From Daphnia carinata (taxonomy: Eukaryota): 64,000 nt of DNA. The stretch's first letter is position 1. Each line of letters begins with the position of its first letter. Below are positions 14,620 through 29,300 of this stretch, in pieces. Both the position numbers and the translations under genes were made by a program. The stretch is from assembly GCF_022539665.2 (NCBI RefSeq), contig NC_081331.1, positions 7,006,001-7,070,000 on the forward strand. Reading direction: 5' to 3'. Under the pieces are notes generated by a model. The model saw only the letters and a program-made list of their open reading frames with translations, did not search any database and was not told the origin of the DNA.

Positions 14620-16958
14620 GTAAGATTTAAACCGATTCCCCGATTCTCAATTCATTGTAACCTGCATTTTTTATCTAAAGCATCGTGTAAAACCTTGAGA
14701 TTTTTAATTGAGAAGTAAGACCAAAATCGCAATCAACGTAGATTGTGCCAGCTTTTGAAGCTTCGTTTTTAACATTTAACTAGAGACATTGGCTATCTTG
14801 TTTACTAGGGCATTAATCCTGTATAAAAGATACGATTTCAAGAAATATTCTGAGTAGCCAATGTTGTTCAAATTTTGATACCTTCGCCTACTCTAATTCC
14901 ACTTGGCAATGTATGCCAAAGATCATTACGACGAATGTAATGCCACTGGGTTTATTTTTATCGAGTTCGTTTCGCTTGCAAGTTCCAATGATTTGGAAAT
15001 GCGTTTTTGTGTCAATAGTCAAAGCAATAAAATTTTTTTCGCAGTGTTCAATGTTTGCGTAGAGCGAGAAGGGAAAAAAATCGTTTTGATTGTTTAGTAC
15101 ATCGGTGGGAAAGGTTCCGTGTAGAAAGCTAGCGAATGATGGTGTTACGGAGTCAGGTAAAGGCGCAATTTTTTAAAAGATGTCTCATGTTTCTAGCGTG
15201 TAACAATCTAGCCCGATTCCGCAACACCTGAGGGGGTAGAAACAAAAGAAAAAGAGGGGCGATGAATCCTGCCGTCTGTGTTTTCCTCACCCGATTTCTC
15301 CCGTCTTGCACCGTCGTCAAGGGTCAAACCGCACATCAGGCACTTTAGATGCAAAGGGGATGTGTATACACGTTTCTTGCTTCCCGTCTGCCGGTTGAGA
15401 CTGTCGATTTTCTTGTTCCTGCAACACTTCCCGCGCCCTCAATGGCATTTCCAACAAGACACACGAGATGTAAATTACGTCATTTCGCGGTCCGTAGCTG
15501 CCTCGACATTTTTTTTAAACAATGACAGAGCGGGTAGCATTGCTGTGATGACTGTTGGAGCCATTACTCGAGACCTCCTTTGGGCGACATGTTTCTCTTA
15601 ATTTTGGGCCTGAAAAATAGCCGGTAGGCTTATGATTTCTTTACATAAAATCTCAAGATAAAAACAGGCAGAAGTTATTCATTTTAAAAAATTCCTCTGC
15701 GATATTATTTTGTAGCACCGTAGTAAATGGTTGACACCATGTCCATTTTGTATAGGAACGTTAATATTTTTTTTTCTGTGTCAGATAACGAAAGTAAATA
15801 TTTCGACTGCTTCGTTGGTATTTTGAAACTGGCATTGTATGCATTACGCGTTCCAATGTTCATGATATTTCGTCGTGTGACGTGAGTGATAATCGTTAGA
15901 AAGCGAGACAATTTCGTTGGCCGTCCTTGATTGATAAGGCGATTCACGTATCTCTCCTATAGAGTCCACAACAACAACAACAAAAAAATAAAGGCCGTTT
16001 GATGACGACAGATTAATGGAAACATGTTCAACAATGGAGGCCCCCTTGTTCTCGTTGAGCATTCGCTAGTCGAATTTCGACGCTGCGTATAGTTCATTGA
16101 AATATTTCTGCAGCGCCTTTCTCTTGGCTCGATTTATGCGTCCTGACTTTTACGACCTGCAGCTGCGATGCGGACAGGTTGGGCACGCACACGGCTCATT
16201 CCTTCCTAATACTGCCCGCCGGGATGTGGAAAGAGAAGACAGTTTGATTGCATTTTCACCTCCTTTCTCTCTCATTTCTCTTTCCCTGCAGCACACCATG
16301 CTTCGCTACTCTAATCAGCTGGTAAACGTCTCTTCCCCCCGCATCTTCTCTCTGTCTTTTGTCTATTTAACTGACCCTGCATCTTTTGTATTTTAGCTCT
16401 AATGCTTTTCCCAGACATCAGCCTGGTTCTGTGGGACTTGAATGACTTGGCAGACGTTGTTCCAATGATTGGTTTTCATGCGAATCGTGTTATGTAGATG
16501 CTACCGCGAATGAGACCAGTTTTTTTTTTTTTGTTTTAAATAGCCACCGAATGCCAGTAGAATTTTTTTAAAAAAAAGATTGTCCGCTAAACCAGCAGGG
16601 AGGGGGGTCTATTTTCTTTGGCCATCTGTTGCGACCTTCTTGGCTGGGTTCCTCTTGTTGTTTTTCCACATTTTTAAAGCGTTAGATGAAGTAGTATAAT
16701 GGCTGAAAAGAAACAGTGCACCTCAAAACGCAGCGAGAGCCGATACCGCACAACGGCAGCCGATGAGAATCAGGTGAACCAGCAAGACTTTGAATCTATT
16801 CTGACCGTAACATGCGACTAAGGAAATAGGCACTATAACGACGACACACAAAAACGTAGAAACAAACGCTACAACGACTTAAACGCAACAAGTTCTACTT
16901 GCTGGAGGTATTTAGAAAAAAAAAAAAATTTTGTCCAGCAGGTGACGTGCTGTGCGAA

Positions 16959-16973
16959 CGCGCGCGCGCGCGC
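16959..16973. repeat. (CG)n alternating run
   Basis: Seen directly. Confidence 0.85.
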
Positions 16974-19900
16974 GGATTGCGGTTACATGTGACGTCCAGC
17001 AAAAATGCTTTGCTGTTTCCTTATTTCAAATTCTGTGTTATCCTTTTTCTTTTTGAATGAAAACCAAGTATTTTTTTTTTTTTCCCTCCTTTTTTTTCGG
17101 CTTTTTTTTTTGTTGTGCGTATTTCTTTAAGTAGCGCACGCCAGATGGACCGTGAACACCCATTGAGTTGACGGTTAATTAGGAACGAGCTGAAAAGTTT
17201 TTTTTTTTACATTTGCATTTGATGTCAATATTTGCGGGCTATAAAGTGGGAAAACCAAGCAGATTGTGCGATAGAGAGGAGGGATCAAAATGCTGTTCTC
17301 ATGGAAAGGACTCGCTTGTTTACCTTCTGTCATTTTTTATCGAAAACTCTCGTCCACAGCGGGAAGTAACATTCAATATTGTCGAAAGGAAGTCGGTTAA
17401 TCGGAACGGACTCGTAACGGGGAAAAGACTTTGAAATGGACGTAAAAATTCTCATACGTAACATCCCCAAGTTGAATCTGGTGAGCCCATCGAGACGATC
17501 AGTGATGCGAATAGACATACATTGTTTTTCGTTTTTGCACTATCACTAATGGAAAGCAAAGGGAAAGTTGTCTGAACAAGACCTAATGGCTGCATTTTCT
17601 ATAAAGACTGTAAGTTATCCATCAGATCCAATCGGCTTCGCGGATGATTGAAACTACAGAGTACATGAAAGGCGGTGCCATCTTATTGATCATGTGTGTA
17701 GAGAAAGTCTGATCAATTTTCACGGAGGACGGTAGAAAAAAATATGATCTCGATTCGTGATGCGTTTAATGTTGATGCGTTTTCTTTTATCGTTACCTCG
17801 AGGACAACATCTTTTTTTTTTAAACCAAAGAACTTTGACGAAATGAGACTGTGAGAACTTTAGTAACTGATGGTTCCGACAAGTTGTCTCCTACCACATG
17901 GATGATCGGACACCAAACTACATGGGCCGTCATTGTCCTTTGAATAAATTGAAAAAAAAAAGAGGAAAAAGAAAGGCAAGAATGCTTTTAGTCTACAATT
18001 CTGCGTGTGCAGATGCTGCGCTAACGGTGGTTGGAAGTAATCAACAAAGCAATCGAAGCCATTTTTCACGGACGCCTAACCCACTTTCCTCTTTTATTCC
18101 AAATGATTTTCTCACGGAACGGCCACATCGGCTCGCTGCACTGCTTTTGTTTACAACCAACTATATACGATTGTGCTCCTTCTTTTGAATCTAAATCAGC
18201 AATTGCCAAATTTGCCTATTCTACTACGGACTTTCTTTCGTTTTCTATGCCGCTCGTCGATTATTTTATTTTATTTTTTTATGGAGATCGTATCCTCACG
18301 CCGATCGGAATTCTCCTATCCAAATAGAAAAGTTGCAACGTAGAGCGAAGAATCGTTGTCGTTACGCCGCGCCTTTCAAAATACCGATGAACGTTGAAAT
18401 CACTAAAACATGATCGCTCTCTATTGATGTTTCTTTGAGTTTCATTGGCCACCTGAGGTCATTACTGTGCTACAAAACGCGGTCCACGTGCCCGTTTGAA
18501 AAAGAAAAAGAAACCCTGCCCAACAAAAAGGCACTTTAAAATGTTTATGATGAACATTTCGCGTCTCTTTTCCGGTTTTTGTTTATTTAATTGCGCGTGT
18601 GTCGTATGAGGATGCAACCACGCAGGAAGGAAAAGAGTGGCATCTCCATTCTTTTTTGACAACAAGTTTTCCCTAACTGTCGTCACAAAACAATGGATTT
18701 TTCTTTTCGAAGCGTGTGAAACGGGTGCGTATAGTCGCTCCATTTTTCCGCTATACTAATTTTTTGTTCCTTCTGCCATTTTTTTTTTGTGTATTATTTT
18801 GAAACAAAGTGGTCGAGATTAATTACCGTAACGAACGGCATAATTTTTTTGTGTTTATTATCTGACTGATGAGAAGCACGATGACCCGTCTTCAATAAAA
18901 TAATGATTATACTGGTTTATTCCAATTGACGAGAAAGCCAGCCGTAAGGTGAACGGGACGAAATGCCTTTCTCTCTTCCTTCCTGACTCGCCCCAAAGGC
19001 TATGTACAACATGTCAGACGGATGGGTCTGTCTGAACGCGCACCGTAATCGCCGAGACTAGGGTAAATACCAATCTCTCGCAATAAGCACATGCAACGCG
19101 CTTCGACGGTGGTATGGTGGCGTTTAAACTTCCGAGGAGAAAGTGCATCGCCCCGGAGGAGATCGCTGCGAAGCGACGTGAACGAAGCCTCTCTCACAAG
19201 TTGAGCGTAAACGAAGAGAAAGTTCTGCCAAAGATATGATGGAAACAGCTGGAACAGTCAGCCCCATAACTGAGATTTATTTTTCGTTTTATTTTCTTTT
19301 CTTCCCGCTCTGCTCGTTCGCTGGCTTTTTGCGATCGACACATTTTTATAGGCGGCCGCTTACAACCACACTGCGCCCATTCTTTTCTCTTGTATGCCTG
19401 ATGATTGTTGCGTATTCACCAGTGGCTGTGTCGTTACACAGTGCCTTTCACTCGGATATACAGCCGTTTCTTTGAAGGAACTAGAGCTACTGGGCCGCAC
19501 ATTGACGGCAAACAACAAGTGCAGAATTATTAGGGAAGAGACTCGGTAGTGGTGCTCATTCGAAATTGAACGACCTACTTTTTTCTCTTTTGATTGGGAA
19601 CTCCCGGCTGCTCCCGCCTTTTTTTTTTCTCCCTTTCTGGATGTGCATACTACTATGCACATAAAACTTCTCTAGGCCCCGCCTGCCCACTCTTTCCTAC
19701 GCATAAGAATGTTTGTTCCAAAGGGGTTAAGTGGAGCTTGCCATCGGTCGGTTGTTCCAGTCACTACGGCGACGTAGAGTAGAGAAAGGCATCAGTTGTA
19801 GCGCGTCGTTCGTTCATTTCACCTGTGCATTTCCACTGTGCGCGTTTCATGCGTGTCCCGTACCGTCTCTTTTGTTAGTCTCGTTGGGCGCATATTGTTT

Positions 19901-20347
19901 TCTTTCTCTTTTATTTCTTTTCTTTTGGAGAGAGAACTCTTTTATTGCCTACTTGTCTTACTTGATTACCGCACGCGTATTGACGGGTGAGTCGATTCAC
20001 ACGGCCGGCATAGAAGAAACAAGATGGGCCAGGTTGGTTGTTTGTCCGCTGTGCCGTTACCATCGCAGCCCACTATCGTAGGCTCGCACTCCATTTGAAG
20101 CCGGTGCTCTGTTGAGCGAGTCGACGACCAACGATCCAACGGGATAGTCATCTTCGTTTTCATTCTCTTTGTAGTGTGTTATGTGTCCAGTTATATCATG
20201 ACATTGCGCCTAGAAAAAGTGTTTGGTTCAATATCGATCAGCCGATCAGTTTCGTGGATTTAGTTTTTGTTTTTTTCACGACAACCAACTTTGCTTCTCG
20301 TTGTTAACAACTTGACAATATTTACAAAAGATAATACGATTGACATC

Positions 20348-23300
20348 ATGTCGACAAAGTCCGGCTTAAAGAAAACGTTCTCGTGGCGTTTTGGCCCGTC
20401 CAAATTTAGCCGGAAGAGCAAACCGCATTCAGAGGTATGAATTGTATTGACTTTCTATATTACTGCTGTATATCTGTGGGCGACCTGGTGATCTTTGGCA
20501 TCCAATTTGTTGATACTAAAAAAGACTGGCGTTGCCTCGTTCGCTAAAGTTTTTGGCTTTTTCGAATCTTTGGGAACCGGTATTTCCCACAGCACCGACA
20601 CTTTAGTCATATTTAATAGTGTGTTACCTATTTTTTCCATCGCCAAAAAATGTTGGCGTTGTTTTACGAAGAACGGGAGAGAAATTGAACTATATACTGT
20701 ATGTATTTTTTTCTGTGGCCCTAAAAGGAAAACCATGGCAATAGAGTAGTCTCTCTTTTTTCTTTTTTTTTTAATCCTCTTCGGTTCCTACTTCTTTCGT
20801 GTCTTGCTGGCTTTGCTCGTGGCAATCATGCCGTGAAGTCATCGCATCTGTTCTCCAACTTTTGAATTAATTGTTCTGAATTATGTAGTCAAACTTTCTT
20901 GTGTCGAGAAGAATCATTTGCCATTCAATTTGACGACATCTATGTCAATTTGTTGTGTAAGCATGTGACAAAGCGACAGTTGCACTCCGCTGCGTTTACG
21001 TACCGGTTTTTTCTCAATATTTATTTGGTCCATTTTTGACCGAGAATCGTGGTCATGTTTGACGTTCAGCCAGGCCATCCATCATTCATCTCGCGTTAGG
21101 GAGGAAGAAAGCCGCGCGGATTTTGTAACGTGTCATGTTTGCATGACACTCTTACGTTTCTAACTAGAAACTTAACAATAAGCCAGTAATTGACATGCAT
21201 TTCGCGCTTGCATCCAGCCTGGTGTAAAAAGAGGTAGAACCGTGTACTGACGCGAAAAGGAGGCCATGACGCGGTGTAACTCACTCACCGTCTCTGGTGG
21301 TTACGATGGGTATGGTTGTTTTCTAAGTATTTTTTTTGGAAAGCCCTTTCGACTGGCAAATTATATGATATAATATGATGCTGTAACCATTTCTTGCATC
21401 TGCCTTGTTTTTACTGTTTATTTATTTATTTTTGATATGCTTCAGATGCGCAAAACGTCCATTCTGGTTTAGCGATCCGGTCAGGTGGTTTGAGAGCTAA
21501 GGAATCGTAAATGTGAAATTGCGTCAGCAATGATATCGTGGAAATGGTGCAATCCGTCCGTTGAAGACTTGATTTATGTTAGTTGTGACGGGTTGTGACA
21601 AGCCGACCCCATTAAGATCAACAGAAGCTGATTTCTTTCGTCTCTTTTTCAATATTCTATTTGGCATTGATTTCTTCTTGTTAGGCTGGTAGTTTTCTTT
21701 TTCCTCGTCCCGTTTCGCGTGCGCTGGTTTTATTTCGCGAGAAAAAAAAATCAGTTTTTCTTGCCTTAAATCATCACGACAAGTTTCTTCTTTTTTATGT
21801 GCTCATTTTCAGGGCTATTTTTTTGTTAGTCGAGTTGATTGCAAAATTTTGCATCGTTTATTCCGTCCTTTATTATTATGACAATGATAGGTATCCATTA
21901 CTGATATCACTGGCGGCACAGTTTTCTAAATGAATTAACTATCATTATTAATAATTATTACGCTGTATCTATTTAGCCATATAACAAAACACGCCACCAT
22001 TCCCAATTCGGCTAAAACCAGTTTCTCTCGTTTATTAAGGAAAACAAGCTTATCACTGTCATATCCCCATTACTCGTCTTTGAGTCGAATCCGTGATTCT
22101 CTCTCAGTTTAATCTGGTTGGAAGATAAATTTGTTCAGTCGGTCAAGAGACGTCGTTCGGTTCAGTTGCTCTATTAAATGTGCTCACAAATCACAGTTTC
22201 TCATAAAACAATATCTTTTCTATTGGCCGCCACTTCAATTCGTCAATCTTTTGAACTTTACAGGCAGAGGTTGAAGAACCCGAGAGTCGAAGGCACGCTA
22301 ACGCCTTTGCGTTTCACGGCCAGCTCCAGCAATCGGGTCTCAGTTTAGACGTTGAAAGAGACTCTAACGGCGAGAGCAACAACAGTGGGCCCAACAGCTC
22401 TGTCGGCTTCATTTCGGACATCTTGGACGGTGTGGTCTTCGCGCCGGTTGGTTCGTCTGAACTACCGCGCCCATCACCCGACACTCGATCGCGATCGACT
22501 TTGTCTTCATTCCGCCCTACACCGGAATCTGAAGAGCAGCCCAATCACCCAGTAACAACACCAGCGCCGGCAATAAGCAGTGGCAACCAGTTAGAGCCGA
22601 TCAAATTGATCCGAGCCAAGTCGCCGCCATTAACGGATCTCGAAACGCTATTTCAGCGCGAGTTAGCGGCCAAGATCAAGAAGCGCTGTCAAGACACCCA
22701 GCAGCGCCAGCTAGAGAAATCTCTGATTTCTCCCGTTAGCGCGCCGACAGTTGTACGGTCGCAATCGTCCGCCTTGCCGCCCATTCCGAAAATCATCGAA
22801 GACCCAGTGCATTCAGTCGTGGCCGATGTAGTTGTGTCCGAATTTGAAAACCCGCTCTACCAGACGTTAGACGAGTGTTATTCCGGATCACCTACATTAC
22901 TTCCACCTCCTCCCCCGCCTCCACCACTTCCTCCGGCGTTGCAATCTGATAACGACGAAGAGGCCACCTATGCTGTTATAGAAGAGCGCAACGCGTCTCA
23001 TTATCAGGCAGTAATCCCTGCGACTTCAGCCAGCTGTAACGAGGAAGATCATAGGGTCTACGCCCAGGTCAATCATAGCGACGAAGAAGAGCGAGTCTAC
23101 GCTCAAGTGGCCGACGGCCTGGTAGAAGAGAAGCTCTACGACACGGTGCAGCAATCGGAAGAGACCGGTGTTGATCCCAACGCCATCTACGAGAATTTGG
23201 AAGAACTGCAAGAACGCGAACAGACTTACGCCAATATCTGTTCGCCTTCGGACTGTACCCCACTATCGCATCCGGCCAACGTGCTAACCGCATTAATGTT

Positions 23301-26300
23301 GGACGTCGAAGCCACTTCCGCTGTTACCCCGGCGTCGTCGATCAGCCGTTCAAGCGACGACAGCCGCAGCTCGGGCAATTCATCGGGCAGTCCGCAACAA
23401 TCGGCTTCGTCGCCCGAACAGCTTTCGCCCACCGATTCGTTGGCCAACGGAAGCATCGGATCCGCCCGCAATATCGGCAGCCCAGATTCGGGCGTCTTTG
23501 GACTCCTCCAACCTGCCCATTTTTCATCCGACTTGTCGCCTCCTACCGACGCGCTGAACAACAACGTGAAGACGGAACTGAAATCCGGCGGTCAACAAGA
23601 TTTTTTGGATCAAACTTTGAAACAGTTCGAGAGACTGGAACAGCTGAGTTCCGGAATTTTTGAGAGCTCGCTAAAACAGTCCGATAAGATGGAAGATGAC
23701 TTGCAGCCTAATGGAATGGAAGAGAAAGTTGGTGCGCCCGAGCAGACGACCCAACCTGTTTTGCTTCCTGTCGTGATGGCCGAAGATAAGATCTTGCCCG
23801 TTTCAGAGATACCCATCGAGACACTTTTGGATCTGGTCGGATCTGTTGAGCCATCTGAAGCTAAACGACCTGAATCTGAATCTGAATCGGACGAAGAACA
23901 TGTCGTTCGTCCGCCGCAAATGCCGCTGTCACCGCCCCCTGGCGAACCGTTCCGCACTTACGATCCGGCTAATGAGGATGGTCTTTTCCAGGCCTCACTG
24001 GTCAGCGTTAATTCGCAAGCGTCATCTTCAATGAAAGAAAGTGACGTCAGCGACATGGAAAGTTTTTCAAAGGAGACCATTCGATCTCCCGAACCAAAAG
24101 CCAATTTGGGAGCGCAGATCGTTGAGGACGAGATGAAAAGGATGCAGGAGCGAGACCGACTTCGCAACGAGAAACTCGGGTTGGACAATGTTGGCCAGTC
24201 ATTTGATAGACTCAGCTCGAACCGCTACAACGTCATTGATGAAATGACACCCAAGACCACTAAACGCAAAAACTGGCTTTCGCCCGCAACCGTGAATGCC
24301 ACTTCTTCTGACCAGTTGGAGCCTTCGCCGCTAGATGGCAACCGGCGCCTATCTTGTAAGTTCTCAAAACCCACTCATTCATTCTGTTGTTATATTCTTT
24401 TAACGATGATTTATTCGATTACGCATAAATCATAACGGGAAGCTTCACACTTGTCTCACCTTCTGGGAAACATGCGTAACAATACCAGGGGATACAAAAA
24501 AAAAATCTATGGAACCAGTTTTCAATAGCTCGATTAAGAGACTATCAATCCTGTTTTTCGAAATTCTCTTGTGTAACGTCAAGTCGATTAGATGACACAA
24601 CATGCTCGAGCTAGATTTTTCTCCAATTGAGTAGAAAAATATTTTTAAGATGAATTTAGACACCGCCAGTGCTAGTGTTTATAGCCCCTTAATGGTCCAG
24701 TTTGACGGAAATCTGCTAACGCCTTGACACATCGCTAAGAATGCCCGAGCCGATAGGGAGGAAAAAACATACGTCTTGCCTCGTCATTTCTAATTTCGAC
24801 ATTCGTAGGAGGCCGGTGACCTGATCGTGATATCTACAACACGCTTATCATATGCCGGTTGGAATGTAGAACACTAGGTTTTACTCTTGTTTATTCACCT
24901 TAGAGGCGAAGATAAAAAGACAAGAGAACGAATGATAGAATAGAAAAAAAAAAACTCCTAAAAGCCCTGATCCCGCTAAGCCCGTAAGCTGTTGACGTCG
25001 TACGAGGCCAAATGGAAATTCCTTTCGGGAATGATAAAGGCGTGCGGGTTACAGGGCCTAGTTAAAACAGCTATGGCGGTACGCTGCAACAAATTTGGTT
25101 ATCACTGTCAACAATCTCATAACAATTTTCACCCCCTTCTAATCTCTCTTTCCCTCTCTCTAAAAAAAACTTTCCCCAACTTTTTTTTAATGTTTCGTGA
25201 GTACAGGGTAATGCTTTTCTCTTGACTTCCAAAGGTAATTCACTAGTTTCTCTCAAATGTGACGATGTTTTCATTTCCTTTTGACAAACGGGACCATGGC
25301 TGAGTGCGCACCTAGTGACCTGGATGCGTTTTGGCTTGTCTTTGTTTCAAGCAATGCCTTAGGATTCATTGAAAAATAATGCGAAAATTTTTGTAAATTG
25401 ACCCTCGTTGTTCACAGAGATTATTGAAGTCATGTTAAACAAAAACTTTTTGGGGTCGTTTGAATCAGGACAGGGAAAATTATGTGTTGTTTTTTTTTTT
25501 TAGGGGAGGGAGGGGGTATGTTTTGCTGTTGCCCTTGTTAATGTACCGAAGCTCGAAGTTGCCAAGACTGGCATTGGCGATTGTAGGTCGTGAGGTCTCT
25601 TTGCATACGACTCGACGACCTTTCGTGAGTTGTGTGCCCACGTTCGTCCTCCTTCCCTTTCTCGAATTTTACCAGCCGACGGAAACTATCGCATGTAACC
25701 TCGCTGGCTTTATTTTTGTTTGCTTGCTAACGGTGAGCGCAATTTTGTACAGCCGCCTCGCTCTGTCGTTTAAAAAGTTGAATGACCGCCCATTTTTTTG
25801 AGGGACAATGAAATCCTCCAAAGATGCTGCGTCCGTGTGTGTTAATGGCAATAGCCTTTTCTCGTGGACTTTGATAGCCGAACGGCGCCATGCACTCGTA
25901 TATTCCTGCATGGCAAATAGGAGAACTTGTCTATAGTAAAAACAAAAAATTGGTATGACGTTTTGCATTTTTCAAGTCCCTTGTTTTTATGTTGCACATG
26001 GCCCTCCCGTATAAATCAAATCAATTTAATGTAAACACCGTTAAATCAATGTCCACTAAGGATGTTTTGATCCTGCTGGGATTTTTTTTCAGGATAATCA
26101 AAAGGTCGTAAAAAAAACAGAGGCTTGAGAACTTACAGGAAAGCCGGTTGGATAGCGTACAACATTAATTATACGTACGTTGTTTGTTTTTGTTTCTCAT
26201 AAACTGGCATTCAATGGCCATCCGTAACTATCCCTGAGTCAAACGAATCACGAGACAGCAGGTACCTTTTTTTTTCTGAACATGTGATAGTATCGCCTTG

Positions 26301-29300
26301 GGGGCAATATACTCTTAAATCGTTCATCCGTGCATCTGAAAATGCGTTTTGCCATCTTCAGTGGTACTGTTCTGCCTTCTTTTTCTATACATTTTTTTTT
26401 TTCCCCTCTTTTGATCCTTGTCGTGTTTACTTTGCCCACCCGCTACTAACTGCTGGCCGTCCACATATTTTAACCACCCAACCATCTACCGATCACCGCC
26501 TCTAGCGCGCAGCCGATGCCTTTGGACGCTCCGCTCCAGCAACGACGACGTGCATTGATCACGCTGAGTTGCGTCGTCTAAAGAGAAAAAAAAAGGCGCG
26601 TCGTCAAGAGTTAAGGAGCGGGCATGCTGGTGTGTATCTTGTTACAGGAGTGTGTATGCGTGCGTGTGTGTGTGTGTGTGTGTGTCGGCTAAGAGGTCTT
26701 TTAAAGCGCGGCCGGGAGAGTCGACCGCAAGTAAGGCTGTAAGAAAGAGGCAGAGCGAAACAGTTGAGCTGGAATCGTTCATCGAGGCGGACGTATACTG
26801 TCATCTTTCACGTGCAAGTGCCCCGATAACAGTTGATAATTGGAAGCGTCGTACGTATACAGAACACTATTATTCGTTTTTCACCGCGCATTTGTGCAAC
26901 CGACATCCGCATTTCATCAATCGATTGGAGGTGGAAACGCGTGCGGTTTTTGAGCGGCACTTCCAATGACGTCTACGACGGCCGTCGTTTCGGCATCTTC
27001 TTGCTGCGACGTCTACCTATCCAATAGAGACAAGCTGTTCAACGGTTTGGCACGCATCCCTAAAGCCGCTAGCACCAGCTGCCTCTTCTACGATGGCTCT
27101 AGTAAGTCTTTTGTTGGCTTGCTTGTATCAGTTTCATCTTTGCGGAGCAAACAAGTCCACAGATAATCATAAGCAAACAAGCGAAGAGATAAACACCGCT
27201 AATTTTGGTTGTTCTTCGCAGCGGGCAGACAGACAAAAGCCTGTCATGACAAGGGGGGATAGCGCGTTTCTCGTCTGTTGAATAATCAACTATGGCATCG
27301 CAAATAAGACGGATGGACAACAACAACATCAACCAAAAATGCGCCCTTCTTTCTTTTCTTTTTTTTCCTCCTCTTCTGATTCAGGCTGCGGGCAGAGGTC
27401 CCCGACAGCAAAAGGGTTGGAACCGCTATGTTTTGAAGTTAATGTTTCAACTCCCCATCCGGCTTTCTCGTCTCCATACCTGAATTGTTGATCGTGCGCG
27501 AATCAGTATTCTCTTTGGAGCTTTTGGCATCAAATGTCCCGGTGACGTCTTCTCTCCTTTCAAGGCATTCCTGACTCACCGTCGTCCCTCGTTTTTTGTC
27601 CTCTGCGAAATCATTTTTAAATCTCTTGAAACCGTCTGGCTCGTCCTTGAAAATCTCACGAAAAGTGTGCGTTAACAATAGCACAGAATAAAGAAAAAAA
27701 TCAGGGTTGGGGATCAGAAGAAAAAGAATTTCGGACAGTGTCTATTCGAACGTGACGCGTTGCCCATGAAGTTCGATCATGCGTGCATCCACTTGTATTT
27801 TTTTTTTCTAACGGTACACGATAGGGCGAAGAAGTTCAGCCGATGAATGACAGCTCGAAGCGTGCAGCCTTTAGCCGATAGCTACTTGAAATTAAATATT
27901 TCTTACCTTTCCGGCGAAACGATTAGATTGAAATTGTCGAGAAAATTGAACGCGTTACTTATATAATTTTTTTCTTTATTATTATTAGTTTTTTTTTTAA
28001 GCATCATTAATGTTTTTGAGACCCTGGTCGCGGGAAAATGCGAATGAAGCCATAAACAGCGGACAAATCTGACACACTCGGCTAAAGTCGAAGTCCTTCA
28101 GTTAAGAGCATCCGGCCCGTTGCGGACTGTTTGCTCGCCAGTCAGGGATTTTGAGGCGAAGCGAAACCCGTTAAATGTTGATGTCGGCCGTATTGAAGAG
28201 CGCGACGCGACATGCAACAAATAGCAAACCACGTGTCATTTCCCAATTTAGCCTACAGCTGAGAATGAAGAACAAAACAAAAACTACACGTCAGTTTTGT
28301 ACCGTTACGTGTCGATGATTGCATTCTATTCCAAAGAGATCCCCCCTCAACTCCGCAGGCGACTAGTTAAAAGAAATATGAACTATACTTTATACGACGA
28401 GAGAACTTTTTATTTAGGTGAAAATAATGTGTCGAAACGGATGAACGTTAATAACCCTGTGTCAGGGAGGGACGGCACTCATTTGGCATGGCTATTATTT
28501 ACTTGTTTTTATTTATTTTTTTGTGCGCAAAACTTTTCGTGTTTGAAACCTTTTAAGGTGCATAACTAACAATCCACTAAGTTGTGTGCTAACTAATGTC
28601 ATTCGAAGAATACCGTACTATTTCGGGTTGACCCTTGAATTTTCTTTTCGGTTACAACCAAAATGCTGAGCCAATAATCAAAATGTGGACGTGGTTAAAG
28701 TCACGACGCTTATCGGGACTTTTTTTTTTTGCCGACACCGATCGACTTGTCGTGCGGTTGAGGGGGTTCGCGTGGCTCATCGACTATCAGCCATTTCGAC
28801 CGCACCAAATAAAGGCAAATTTATTTTCCATCGTAACGTGCGTTGTCAATTTTTCTTAGTGTCGAATTGAGAACACGCATTCGCAACGTAGCTGGAATAA
28901 AAAAATATATATATTTTTGACAAGAACAAAAATAGAAAAGAGTTAGAAACTAGGGAATAGGTGCGGTTCATTTCCCTTTTTGAACTGACTTCCATTCACG
29001 AAAGAAAAAACAAAACAAATTCGTGCGATATGTAGGCCGCCCGTTATGCAAACTGTATCATTATGTGAAATAAAAGAACCGAATTTTATTCGCGACCCCC
29101 AACAATATCCTAATTCCAGAGCATTATTCATGCGGTGATGAGATCGATGAACGCTATAAAAAATATATAAAAAATGGATGTACATTTTTTGTTGTTGTTT
29201 GATAACGATAATTTTTGAGAGAAAAAAAATGATGGCATTTCGAGGCGAAACGTACAAATTTTCGCTGCGCTTAACCTTTGCCTATAATCATATGCGAAAA

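Noticed and set aside
23026..24188. Several minus-strand ORFs
   Set aside because: Antisense shadows of the large plus-strand exon.
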